Assembly: GCA_963762145.1 (NCBI GenBank)
Contig: CAVXJS010000011.1
Coordinates: forward strand, 736,001-800,000
Length of the DNA: 64,000 nt
Direction: 5' to 3'
DNA from: an uncultured Candidatus Rokubacteria bacterium
Lineage (GTDB): Bacteria; Methylomirabilota; Methylomirabilia; Rokubacteriales; CSP1-6
Shown here: piece after piece, positions 1 to 9,019 of the stretch
Layout: every line of letters begins with the position of its first letter
Numbering within the stretch: the first letter of the stretch is position 1
Translations under genes and position numbers: made by a program
The notes under the pieces: generated by a model
The model's input: only the letters and a program-made list of their open reading frames with translations
Database searches by the model: none
Told to the model about the DNA's origin: nothing

Positions 1-376
1 CCTAGCTCTCGATCCGGCCGAGTTCGTGCCCGCGGTCGGGCAGGGAGTCCTGGCCGTCGAAGCCCGCCAAGCCGACCGGGAACTGCTTGAACTTCTTCGC
101 GCCGTGGACGACACTCGGACCAGGTTGGCGGCCCTTGCCGAGCGGGCGTTCCTGGCTCGGCTGGGGGCGGGCTGCCACACGCCGGTGGCGGCCCATGCTC
201 GCCTGGATGGAACGGCCCTGGTGCTGACCGGGGTGGTGTCGACCCCGGATGGGACGACGACGCTGCGGGCGACCGCGACCGGGCCGGCCGCCGATGGCGA
301 GCGGCTGGGCGTGACGCTGGCGGATGATCTGCTGGTCAAGGGGGCGAAGGCGGTTCTCGATGCGAGTCGCTGGTAA
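1..376 (+). CDS. hemC: Hydroxymethylbilane synthase (porphobilinogen deaminase), C-terminal part, truncated by the window edge
   Basis: PAVGQGVLAVE and AERAFLARLGAGCHTPVA (cofactor Cys) motifs; lies upstream of hemD and hemB. Confidence 0.95.
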   Translation, partial: LALDPAEFVPAVGQGVLAVEARQADRELLELLRAVDDTRTRLAALAERAFLARLGAGCHTPVAAHARLDGTALVLTGVVSTPDGTTTLRATATGPAADGERLGVTLADDLLVKGAKAVLDASRW

Positions 377-383
377 TGAAGTG

Positions 384-1181
384 ATGACCGAGGTGAGGGG
401 TGGTAAACCCTTGTCTGGTCGGGTCGTCCTCGTGACCAGAGCACGCGAGCAGGCCGGGGGCTTCGCGGCGCTGCTCGAAGCGGCCGGCGCCCGCGTGATG
501 CTCGTGCCCACCATCGCCATCGAACCCCCCTCTTCCTGGGCTCCTCTCGATGCCGCGCTCACCCAGGATTACGACTGGGTCGTGTTCACGAGCGTCAACG
601 GCGTGGCGATGGTCCGCCTCCGGGTCGAGGCCACCGGGCAGGGCCGGGGACTCCTCGAGCGAAGCCGCCGGGCCGCGATCGGCCCCGCGACCGCCGCCGC
701 GCTCGGCGAGTGGGGGCTGCCCGCGGAGGTCGTGCCCGGGGAGTACGTGGCGGAGGGCCTGCTCGAGCGGCTGCGTCCGCTGGTCGCGCCGGGAGCCCGC
801 GTCCTGCTCCCGCGCGCGGCGGAGACCCGCGACGTGCTGGTGCGTGAGCTGACCGCGCAGGGGGCCCTCGTCACCGAGGTGGCGGCCTACCGCACGCGCG
901 CGGCCACGGAGCACGCGGCCGGACTCCGCGAGGCGCTCGCGGAGGGACGGGTGGACGTGGTGACCTTCACCAGCTCCTCCACCGTGCGGAGCTTCTGCGC
1001 GCTCTTCGCTCCGGGGGAATTGCCGCGGCTGCTCCGGGGGGTGACCGTCGCCTGCATCGGTCCGATCACGCGGGCCACGGCGGAGGACCGCGGGCTCGCC
1101 GCCCACATCGTTCCCGAGGACTACACGGTCCCGGCCCTCGCCCGGGCCATCGTGACCCACTTCGAGCCCGCAAGGAGCTAG
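384..1181 (+). CDS. hemD: Uroporphyrinogen-III synthase
   Basis: GRVVLVTRAREQ, FTSVNGV, AIGPAT, FTSSSTV motifs; start placed at ATG 384. Confidence 0.92.
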   Translation: MTEVRGGKPLSGRVVLVTRAREQAGGFAALLEAAGARVMLVPTIAIEPPSSWAPLDAALTQDYDWVVFTSVNGVAMVRLRVEATGQGRGLLERSRRAAIGPATAAALGEWGLPAEVVPGEYVAEGLLERLRPLVAPGARVLLPRAAETRDVLVRELTAQGALVTEVAAYRTRAATEHAAGLREALAEGRVDVVTFTSSSTVRSFCALFAPGELPRLLRGVTVACIGPITRATAEDRGLAAHIVPEDYTVPALARAIVTHFEPARS

Positions 1182-1184
1182 CGC

Positions 1185-2168
1185 ATGCCGTTCCCCGTCT
1201 ACCGTCCCCGCCGGCTTCGGGAGTCGCCCCTGATGCGAGCCATGGTGCGCGAGACCGCGCTGCGCATCGACGACCTCGTCTACCCGCTCTTCGCGGTTCA
1301 CGGGCGCGGGGTCCGGGAGCCGATCGGCTCCATGCCCGGGCAGTACCGTCTCTCCATCGACGAGCTGCTCAAGGAGTGCAAGGACGCCGCCTCCATGGGT
1401 ATCCCCGCGGTGCTGCTGTTCGGGTTGCCGCGCGACAAGGACCCGCGCGGCACCGAGGCGTACGCGGAGGACGGGATCATCCAGCAGGCGGTCCGGGCGG
1501 TGAAGGACACGATCCCGGACCTGCTCGTGATCACCGACGTGTGTCTCTGCGAGTACACGAGCCACGGGCACTGCGGGGTGGTGGAGGACGGCCGGATCAA
1601 GAACGATCCCACCCTCGAGCTGATCGCGCGCACCGCGATCTCTCACGCCGAGGCCGGGGCGGACCTGATCGCGCCGTCCGACATGATGGACGGCCGGGTC
1701 GCCGCGATCCGGGAAGGGCTCGACGAGTCGGGCTTCCCGGAGACGCCGATCATGGCCTACTCGGCCAAGTACGCCTCCGCGTTCTACGGCCCCTTCCGCG
1801 AGGCGGCCGACTCGACCCCGCAGTTCGGCGACCGGCGCTCCTACCAGATGGATCCCGGGAACGCGATGGAGGCGATGCGGGAGGTCGCGCTCGACGTGGA
1901 CGAGGGCGCCGACATCGTGATGGTGAAGCCGGCGCTGCCCTATCTCGACATCATCGCGCGGGTGAAGGGCGAGTTCGGGCTCCCGGTGGCCGCCTACTCG
2001 GTCTCGGGGGAGTACGCGATGCTCAAGGCGGCCGGCCAGCTCGGCTGGCTCGACGAGGACCGCGCGGTGCTGGAGGCGCTGACCGGCATCCGCCGGGCCG
2101 GAGCCGACATCATCATCACCTACTTCGCCAAGGACGCAGCCCGGCTCATCGAGCAGGGCCGCGCGTGA
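1185..2168 (+). CDS. hemB: Porphobilinogen synthase (Zn-type)
   Basis: [35 protein letters not shown] motifs. Confidence 0.98.
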   Translation: MPFPVYRPRRLRESPLMRAMVRETALRIDDLVYPLFAVHGRGVREPIGSMPGQYRLSIDELLKECKDAASMGIPAVLLFGLPRDKDPRGTEAYAEDGIIQQAVRAVKDTIPDLLVITDVCLCEYTSHGHCGVVEDGRIKNDPTLELIARTAISHAEAGADLIAPSDMMDGRVAAIREGLDESGFPETPIMAYSAKYASAFYGPFREAADSTPQFGDRRSYQMDPGNAMEAMREVALDVDEGADIVMVKPALPYLDIIARVKGEFGLPVAAYSVSGEYAMLKAAGQLGWLDEDRAVLEALTGIRRAGADIIITYFAKDAARLIEQGRA

Positions 2169-2602
2169 GGATCTCGGCGAAGGGGGAGTACGCCATCAAG
2201 GCGATGGTGGACCTCGCCCTGCACGACGGGCAGGATCTCCAGCCCATCCAGGACGTCGCGTCGCGCCAGGGCATTCCGCAGCGCTACCTCGAGCAGGTCC
2301 TGCTCCAGCTCAAGCGCTCCGGGTTCCTCTACGCGCGGCGGGGGTCGGCGGGTGGCTACCGGTTGAGCCGGCCCGCGGACCAGGTCACGGTGGGCGCGCT
2401 GCTCCGGGCGGTGGAGGGGCCGTCGGCCGCCCCCGATTCGCCGCGACGGGGCGGCCGCGGGGAAGACGTGGCGGGCCTCGACGAGCTCTGGCAGGAGATC
2501 GAGGAGGCGGTCGCGTCCGTGGTGGATCGCACCACGCTCGACGATCTGCGCCGGCGCGCGCTCGATCGGAGGGGCGCCACGCGCCCGATGTATCACATCT
2601 AG
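2165..2602 (+). CDS. cymR: Rrf2-family regulator, CymR-like (no Cys ligands; C-terminus MYHI)
   Basis: GTG start overlapping the hemB stop; [24 protein letters not shown]; adjacent to cysK. Confidence 0.8.
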   Translation: MRISAKGEYAIKAMVDLALHDGQDLQPIQDVASRQGIPQRYLEQVLLQLKRSGFLYARRGSAGGYRLSRPADQVTVGALLRAVEGPSAAPDSPRRGGRGEDVAGLDELWQEIEEAVASVVDRTTLDDLRRRALDRRGATRPMYHI

Positions 2603-2634
2603 CTGCGGCCGCCTGGCGAGCGCAGCCGAGGCAG

Positions 2635-2670
2635 GGCGAGGCGAGCCGAAGGCGAGTCGAGCGGATCAAA
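2635..2670 (+). repeat. REP-like intergenic repeat, copy 1
   Basis: GGCGAGGCGAGCCGAAGGCGAGTCGAGCGGATCAAA, similar to copies at 5706, 5849 (reverse complement) and 22978. Confidence 0.7.
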
Positions 2671-2689
2671 TGAAGGATATGAGGGAATC

Positions 2690-3634
2690 ATGACAAGCAA
2701 GCGAGCGACCGCGCCGGCGCGACCGAAGCTGGCGGGCTCGGTGCTGGAGCTGGTGGGCGGCACGCCGCTCGTGCGCCTCAATCGCATCCCGAACGCGGCC
2801 GGCGCCATCGTGCTGGCCAAGGTCGAATCGCTCAATCCGGGCGGGAGCGTCAAGGACCGCATCGCGCTCGCGATGGTCGAGGACGCGGAGCGGCGCGGGC
2901 TGCTCAAGGCGGGGGCGACCCTGGTGGAGCCGACCAGCGGGAATACCGGCATCGGGCTCGCGATGGTGTGCGCGGTACGGGGGTACCGCCTGATCCTCAC
3001 GATGCCCGACGACATGAGCGCGGAGCGGCAGCGCCTGCTCGCGCGCTACGGCGCCGAGATCCACCTGACCCCGGCCATCGAGGGCATGACCGGCGCGGTG
3101 TTCGCGGCCCAGGAGATCTGCCGCGAGCATCCCGGCTACTTCATGCCGATGCAATTCGAGAATCCCGCCAACCCCGAAGCCCATCGCCGCACCACCGCGC
3201 TGGAGATCCTGGACAGCACCGACGAGCGCCTGGACGTCTTCGTCGCGGCGGTCGGCACCGGCGGGACCGTGACCGGGGTGGGCGAGATCCTGAAGGAGCG
3301 GCTCCCCGGCGTGCGCGTGATCGGCGTGGAGCCCGCGCGGTCGCCCGTTCTCTCCGGCGGGCGCTTCCGGCCTCACGGCATTCAGGGAATCGGCGCCTCG
3401 TTCGTGCCGGGGATCCTGAATCGTTCCGTGCTCGACGACATCATACAGGTGCGCGACGAGGACGCGACGACCATGGCCCGCCGGCTGGCCCGCGAGGAGG
3501 GCCTGCTCGTGGGCATCTCGTCCGGGGCCAACGTGTTCGCGGCCTGTCAGGTGGCGGAGACGCTGCCCGCCGGCCAGGTGGTGGTCACGGTGCTGTGCGA
3601 TACTGGCGAGCGTTACCTGAGCGTCACCTTCTAG
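2690..3634 (+). CDS. cysK: Cysteine synthase (O-acetylserine sulfhydrylase, CysK-type)
   Basis: NPGGSVKDR (PLP Lys), PTSGNTG, GTGGT, HGIQGIG, DTGERYLS. Confidence 0.93.
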   Translation: MTSKRATAPARPKLAGSVLELVGGTPLVRLNRIPNAAGAIVLAKVESLNPGGSVKDRIALAMVEDAERRGLLKAGATLVEPTSGNTGIGLAMVCAVRGYRLILTMPDDMSAERQRLLARYGAEIHLTPAIEGMTGAVFAAQEICREHPGYFMPMQFENPANPEAHRRTTALEILDSTDERLDVFVAAVGTGGTVTGVGEILKERLPGVRVIGVEPARSPVLSGGRFRPHGIQGIGASFVPGILNRSVLDDIIQVRDEDATTMARRLAREEGLLVGISSGANVFAACQVAETLPAGQVVVTVLCDTGERYLSVTF

Positions 3635-3644
3635 GAGAGCGGCC

Positions 3645-3947
3645 ATGAGTGTTCAGGTCTACATCCCGACGCCGTTCCGCCGCGCGACCAGGAACGTCGA
3701 CCGGGTCGCCGTCGAGGCGCCCGATGTGAAGGGCATGCTCGACGAGCTGGAAGACCAGTTCGGCGGCCTGAAGGGCCTGGTCCGCAACGACCAGGGCGAG
3801 GTGCACCACCACGTGAACATCTACGTGAACAACGAGGCCATCGAGGCGCTGCAGGGACTCGAGACCACGCTCAAGGACGGCGACGAGGTGTCGATTATTC
3901 CTGCCCTGGCGGGCGGCGGGCCGGCCCTCGCGGGTGGCCGACGGTGA
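3645..3947 (+). CDS. MoaD/ThiS/CysO-family ubiquitin-like sulfur carrier with C-terminal extension
   Basis: VNIYVN, GLETTLKDGDEVSIIPALAGG followed by GPALAGGRR. Confidence 0.92.
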   Translation: MSVQVYIPTPFRRATRNVDRVAVEAPDVKGMLDELEDQFGGLKGLVRNDQGEVHHHVNIYVNNEAIEALQGLETTLKDGDEVSIIPALAGGGPALAGGRR

Positions 3948-3957
3948 TCGCGGAAGG

Positions 3958-4419
3958 ATGATCCTGACTCCGGAGGAGCTGTCTCGCGTGCGCGCCCAGG
4001 CCGAGGCCGAGTATCCCGCCGAATGCTGCGGCGTGGTGCTGGCCCGCCCGGCGCCCGCGGCCGACCGGGCGCTCATGCCCTGCCGCAATATCCAGGACGA
4101 GCTCCACGCGCAGGATCCCGTGCGGCACCCGCGGGATTCGCGAACCGCCTACTTCATCGATCCCAAGGACCTGCTCGCCATCGGCCGGCGCGAGTCGCAG
4201 GGCTACCGGGTGGCCACCATCTATCACTCCCACGTGGACACCGGCGCGTACTTCTCGCCGACCGACCGGCAGAACGCCCTCATCAACGGGGAGCCGTCGT
4301 ATCCGGACGCGGTCTACGTGGTGCTCTCGGTGCTCGCGGGGCGCGTCGTCGACGCGGCCGCGTTCGTCTGGGACGCCCAGACTCGCGATTTCGTCGCCAC
4401 CGAACTGCCGAAGGCCTGA
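3958..4419 (+). CDS. mec: JAB/MPN+ metalloprotease (Mec/M67 family)
   Basis: YPAECCG and the JAMM motif HSH-x7-S-x2-D (YHSHVDTGAYFSPTD). Confidence 0.9.
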   Translation: MILTPEELSRVRAQAEAEYPAECCGVVLARPAPAADRALMPCRNIQDELHAQDPVRHPRDSRTAYFIDPKDLLAIGRRESQGYRVATIYHSHVDTGAYFSPTDRQNALINGEPSYPDAVYVVLSVLAGRVVDAAAFVWDAQTRDFVATELPKA

Positions 4420-4428
4420 CCCGAGCCC

Positions 4429-5755
4429 GTGGCCGACTCCGAAGCCCTCTTCAAGGCCGCGCAGCGCCTGATGCCCGGCGGCGTCAACAGCCCGGTGCGG
4501 GCCTTCCGCGGCGTGGGCGGCGCGCCGTTCTTCGTGGCCCGCGCCGAGGGCGCGCGGCTCGAGGACGTGGACGGTCGGTCGTACGTGGACTTCCTGGGCT
4601 CGTGGGGCCCGCTGATCCTCGGGCATGCCGCGGCTCCGGTGGTCGAGGCGATCACCGAAGCGGTCCGGCGCGGGCACCAGCTACGGCGCCCCCACCGGGG
4701 GCGAGGTGGAGATGGCCGAGCTGATCCAGCGTGCGGTGCCCTCCATGGAGATGATGCGGCTCGTCTCCTCGGGGACCGAGGCGGCCATGAGCGCGCTGCG
4801 CGTGGCCCGGGGCGCCACCGGGCGCGACTTCATCCTGAAGTTCGAGGGCTGCTACCACGGCCACGCCGACAGTCTCCTGGTCAAGGCCGGCTCGGGCGGC
4901 GCGACGTTCGGGGTGCCCGACAGCCTGGGCGTGCCCCCTGCGCTCGCGGCGCTGACCCTCACGGTCCCGTTCAACGACCTGGACGCGGTCCGTCGGCAGC
5001 TGGAGGCGCATCCGGACCAGGTCGCGGCGGTGATCGTCGAGCCGGTGGCGGGGAACATGGGCGTGGTCCCTCCCGCGCCGGGCTTCCTCGCCGGGCTGCG
5101 GGAGCTCACCACGCGACACGGAAGCCTCCTGATCTTCGACGAGGTGATCACCGGGTTCCGCGTGGGCTGGGGCGGAGCCCAGGCCCTCTACGGGGTGCGT
5201 CCGGATCTCACGTGCCTCGGCAAGATCATCGGCGGCGGGCTCCCGGTCGGCGCGTACGGGGGCTCGCGCGCGGTGATGGAGCGCGTGTCACCGCTGGGCG
5301 GCGTCTACCAGGCCGGCACGCTCTCCGGCAATCCGCTCGCGGTGGCCGCGGGGCTGGCCACGCTCCGCGCGCTCGAGGGGCCGGGCGTCTACGAGCGGCT
5401 CGAGGCGCTGGGCGCGCGCGTGGAGCGCGACGTGGCGGCGGCCGCGGCCGCCGCGGGAGTCCCGGTGCGGATCAACCGGATCGGGTCGATGCTCACCGTG
5501 TTCTTCACGGACGGCCCGGTGACCGACTACGCCTCCGCGAAGCGGGCGGATACCGCGCGCTACGCGCGGTACTTCCACGCGATGCGGGAGGGGGGTGTCT
5601 TCCTCGCGCCCTCGCAGTTCGAGACCGCGTTCGTGTCGCTGGCGCACGGGGAACAGGACCTCGCGGCGGCCGCGCGGGCTTGCCGGGCGGCGATGGAGAC
5701 GGTAGGGCGGGGCGCAGCCGAAGGCGAGCCGAGCGGATACAAGAAGAGAAGCTAA
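4429..5755 (+). CDS. hemL: Glutamate-1-semialdehyde 2,1-aminomutase; +1 frameshift near 4672 (probable sequencing error)
   Basis: [12 protein letters not shown] in the first frame; [30 protein letters not shown] in the second frame. Confidence 0.95.
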
Positions 5756-5849
5756 GGGTCGACCGCCCACGCCGGACGCCCCGTGGTGGGCTTCTCACCC
5801 TTAGCTTCTTTTTTGTATTCGCTCGGCTCGCCTTCGGCTGCGCCTCGCC
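5706..5849. repeat. Long imperfect inverted repeat (about 53-bp arms) made of two REP-like units
   Basis: 5706-5759 is the reverse complement of 5797-5849 apart from G/A differences and one bulge. Confidence 0.9.
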
Positions 5850-5862
5850 AAGCAAGCTGTTA

Positions 5863-5892
5863 TTGACACCCGGAATTTCCACGTGATAGGGT
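5863..5892 (+). promoter_or_regulatory. Putative sigma70 promoter of the act operon
   Basis: TTGACA (5863-5868), 18-nt spacer, TG-a-TAGGGT extended -10. Confidence 0.6.
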
Positions 5893-6000
5893 TCACAAGG
5901 CTGGAGCCCGGAAACACGTCTTTTGCCCCGGTCTTCATCCTCAGCACGCCTCGTCGAAGGAGTATGTCTACCTGCTGCGCCGAGTAGGGCGGAGGAGTGG

Positions 6001-9000
6001 ATGAGCGGGATGGATCGTCGGTCGTTCTTCAAGATCGTGGCGACCACGGGCGCCGCTGCCGCGGCCGGGGGCTGCGGACAGTCGGCCGAGCAGCTCATCC
6101 CGTACGTCATTCCGCCGGACAACATCGTCCCCGGCATCCCCGCCTACTTCTCGACCGTCTGCCGCGAGTGCCCGTCGGGCTGCGGCCTCATCGCCAAGAA
6201 TCGCGACGGGCGCGTCATCAAGCTCGAGGGCAACCCGGAGCACCCCTCCAATACCGGTGCACTCTGCGTGCTGGGCCACGCGGGTCTGCAGGCCCTCTAC
6301 CACCCGGATCGCTTCCGCGGCCCGCTGAGCGGCGGCAAGCCGGTGGCGTGGGCCGACGCGGAGAAGCAGCTCGCGGACAAGCTGGGCGCGCTCGCGAAGG
6401 GCAAGCAGGGCGGGCGCATCGCGGTGGTGAGCGGCCTCGAGACCGGCAGCCTCGCTCGCCTCATGGACGAGTGGGTGCGACTGCTCGGCGCGCGCACGCG
6501 CATCGCCTACGAGCCGCTCGGCTACGAGTCCCTGCGCGCCTCGAACCGGATCGCCTTCGGCCGCGACGCGATCCCCGACTACGCGATCGGCGAGGCCACC
6601 TACCTGGTCTCCTTCGGCGCGGACTTCCTCGAGACGTGGCTGAACAGCGAGGGGTACACCGTCGACTTCGCTCGGATGCACGCCTTCTTCCAGGGAAGGC
6701 AGGGGACCTTCGTGCACGTCGAGCCGCGCATGTCGCTGACCGCGGCCAACGCGGACGAATGGCTGCGCAATGCGCCCGGCACCGAGGGCGCGCTCGCGCT
6801 GGCGATGCTCAAGGTGATCGTGGACGAGGGCCTGCAGGCGCCAGGGGCCGATCTGACCACCCTCCGCGCCGCAGTCCGCGCCGCCGACGTCGAGGCGGCC
6901 GCCACGGCCTCGGGCGTCCCCGCCGAGACCATCAAGCACGTCGCGCGTGACCTCGCCAAGGCGAAGGCCGGCCTGGTGCTGGGCGGCGGCATGGCCGCGA
7001 CCTCGACGGCGTCCACCGAGGCGCTCGTCGCGGTCAACCTGCTCAACGCGGCGATCGGTGCGCTGGGCACCCGTGTGCGCTTCGGCGCCGCGTCGCCTTT
7101 CAGCCGGGTGAGCCCGTACTCGGACATGGTGGCGCTGACCCAGGCGATGGCCGCCGGGCAGATCGAGGTGCTGGTGCTGGTGGACGTCAACCCGGTCTAC
7201 GCGATGCCGCCCAAGTCGGGTTTCGCCGAGGCCCTGGCCAAGGTCCCGCTCGTGGTGTCACTCGCGAGCCGGCCCAACGAGACCACCGCGCGGGCGCACC
7301 TGGTGCTGCCGACGCTGCACGCGCTCGAGTCCTGGGGCGACTACGCCTCCGAGGAGGGTGTGCTCGGGCTGATGCAGCCCACGATGGGTCCCGTGCAGAT
7401 CGACGGCAAGGCGGTGGACGGCAAGACCGCCGGCGACGTCTTCCTCGGCGTCGGCCGGCAGGCGCTGGGGCTCGAGGCCGGGAAGGGCCCGCTCCGGTGG
7501 GCCTCCTTCCAGGACTTCATCCGGGACGAGTGGCAGAAGACCGCCAAGGAGTACGGCAGCACCGGATCGTTCGCGGATTTCTGGGACGCGGCCCTGCGGC
7601 GCGGCGGCGTGTGGCGCACCGGCGCGGCCCCGGCGGTCTCGCTTCGCCCGGAGGCCGGACGGATCCAGGGCGGCGCGCCGAAGCTCGAGGGCGGGGGCTC
7701 GCACGTGCTGATGATCTATCCCTCGAGCCGCTTCTACGACGGCCGGGGCGGCGACCTGCCGTGGCTGCACGAGGTGCCGGACGGGATCACCCAGGTTGCG
7801 TGGGACTCGTGGCTCGAGATCCCGGCCGAGACCGCCAAGCAGATGGGGATCGCGCGGGGCGATCTGGTGAAGGTGACGTCCCCGCACGGTGCCATCGAGC
7901 TGCCCGCCTACCCGACCGAGCTCGTCCACGCCGGCGCGGTGGCGGTGGCGATGGGGCAGGGGCACAAGTACACGGGCGCCTTCGCGCAGCGGGGCAACTC
8001 CGCGACCGGCACCCAGAGCCAGGTCGACTTCCTGAACGTGGGCGCCAATCCGATCGAGCTCCTGCCCGCCGCGCCGGACCCGTCCTCGGGCGGGCTGCCG
8101 CTGCTCGCGGTGAAGGTCTCGCTCGCCAAGACCGGCGGTCGGCGCCCGCTCGCGATCCCGCAGGCCCAGTTCGACCAGGACGATCGCGAGATCGCCCAGT
8201 GGGTGCAGCTCGGCGCCGCGCGCGAGCTCGAGCTGCGGGGCAAGCCGCCCGAGCACGCCGATCATCCGCGCATGTACCCGCCGGTGAAGTATCCGGAGTA
8301 CCGCTGGGGCATGACGGTGGACGTGGACCGCTGCACGGGCTGCCAGGCCTGCGTGGTCGCCTGCCAGAGCGAGAACAACGTGCCGACGGTCGGGAAGGCC
8401 CAGGTGGCCTACGGGCGCATCCAGCACTGGCTGCGGGTGGAGCGCTGGCAGGAAGGCACGTCCGCCAAGCCGGTCAACATGTTCCTGCCCATGTTCTGCC
8501 AGCACTGCGAGATCGCGCCGTGCGAGCCGGTGTGCCCGGTCTACGCCGCCTATCACACGCGCGAGGGCCTCAACGGACAGGTCTACAACCGCTGCGTGGG
8601 CACGCGCTACTGCGGCAACAACTGCCCCTACCACGTGCGGAAGTTCAACTGGTTCAACTACACGTGGACCGCGCCGCTCGACGTGCAGCTGAACCCGGAC
8701 GTCACGGTGCGGCAGCTCGGCGTGATGGAGAAGTGCACCATGTGCGTCCAGCGGATCGAGTCCGCCAAGGGCGCGGCGCGCGAGGCGGGCCGGCAGGTGC
8801 GCGATGGGGACATGCAGACCGCCTGTCAGCAGACGTGCCCGACCCGGGCCATCACATTCGGGAACCGGAAGGACGGCGAGGCGATGGTCTCCAAGCTGTC
8901 GCACTCGACCCGGAGCTACACCGTGCTCCACGAGCTGGGCACGCTCCCGGGGGTGAACTACCTCAAGAAGGTCGTCCGCGCCGAGCCGGCGGGCGGTCAC

Positions 9001-9018
9001 GGGAAGGCGGGGCACTAG
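6001..9018 (+). CDS. actB: Alternative complex III subunit B (molybdopterin-oxidoreductase-like domain fused to a 4-cluster ferredoxin domain), Tat-exported
   Basis: DRRSFFK Tat motif with GGC; CTGCQACVVAC, CQHCEIAPCEPVC, RCVGTRYCGNNCPY, EKCTMC motifs. Confidence 0.88.
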   Translation: MSGMDRRSFFKIVATTGAAAAAGGCGQSAEQLIPYVIPPDNIVPGIPAYFSTVCRECPSGCGLIAKNRDGRVIKLEGNPEHPSNTGALCVLGHAGLQALYHPDRFRGPLSGGKPVAWADAEKQLADKLGALAKGKQGGRIAVVSGLETGSLARLMDEWVRLLGARTRIAYEPLGYESLRASNRIAFGRDAIPDYAIGEATYLVSFGADFLETWLNSEGYTVDFARMHAFFQGRQGTFVHVEPRMSLTAANADEWLRNAPGTEGALALAMLKVIVDEGLQAPGADLTTLRAAVRAADVEAAATASGVPAETIKHVARDLAKAKAGLVLGGGMAATSTASTEALVAVNLLNAAIGALGTRVRFGAASPFSRVSPYSDMVALTQAMAAGQIEVLVLVDVNPVYAMPPKSGFAEALAKVPLVVSLASRPNETTARAHLVLPTLHALESWGDYASEEGVLGLMQPTMGPVQIDGKAVDGKTAGDVFLGVGRQALGLEAGKGPLRWASFQDFIRDEWQKTAKEYGSTGSFADFWDAALRRGGVWRTGAAPAVSLRPEAGRIQGGAPKLEGGGSHVLMIYPSSRFYDGRGGDLPWLHEVPDGITQVAWDSWLEIPAETAKQMGIARGDLVKVTSPHGAIELPAYPTELVHAGAVAVAMGQGHKYTGAFAQRGNSATGTQSQVDFLNVGANPIELLPAAPDPSSGGLPLLAVKVSLAKTGGRRPLAIPQAQFDQDDREIAQWVQLGAARELELRGKPPEHADHPRMYPPVKYPEYRWGMTVDVDRCTGCQACVVACQSENNVPTVGKAQVAYGRIQHWLRVERWQEGTSAKPVNMFLPMFCQHCEIAPCEPVCPVYAAYHTREGLNGQVYNRCVGTRYCGNNCPYHVRKFNWFNYTWTAPLDVQLNPDVTVRQLGVMEKCTMCVQRIESAKGAAREAGRQVRDGDMQTACQQTCPTRAITFGNRKDGEAMVSKLSHSTRSYTVLHELGTLPGVNYLKKVVRAEPAGGHGKAGH

Positions 9019-9019
9019 C

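Noticed and set aside
4660-4690. Programmed frameshift in hemL
   Set aside because: No slippery heptamer or stimulatory structure; it fits the window-wide indel error pattern.
2615-5849. Repeats as a possible CRISPR array
   Set aside because: Dispersed and inverted, not regularly spaced with spacers; no cas genes.
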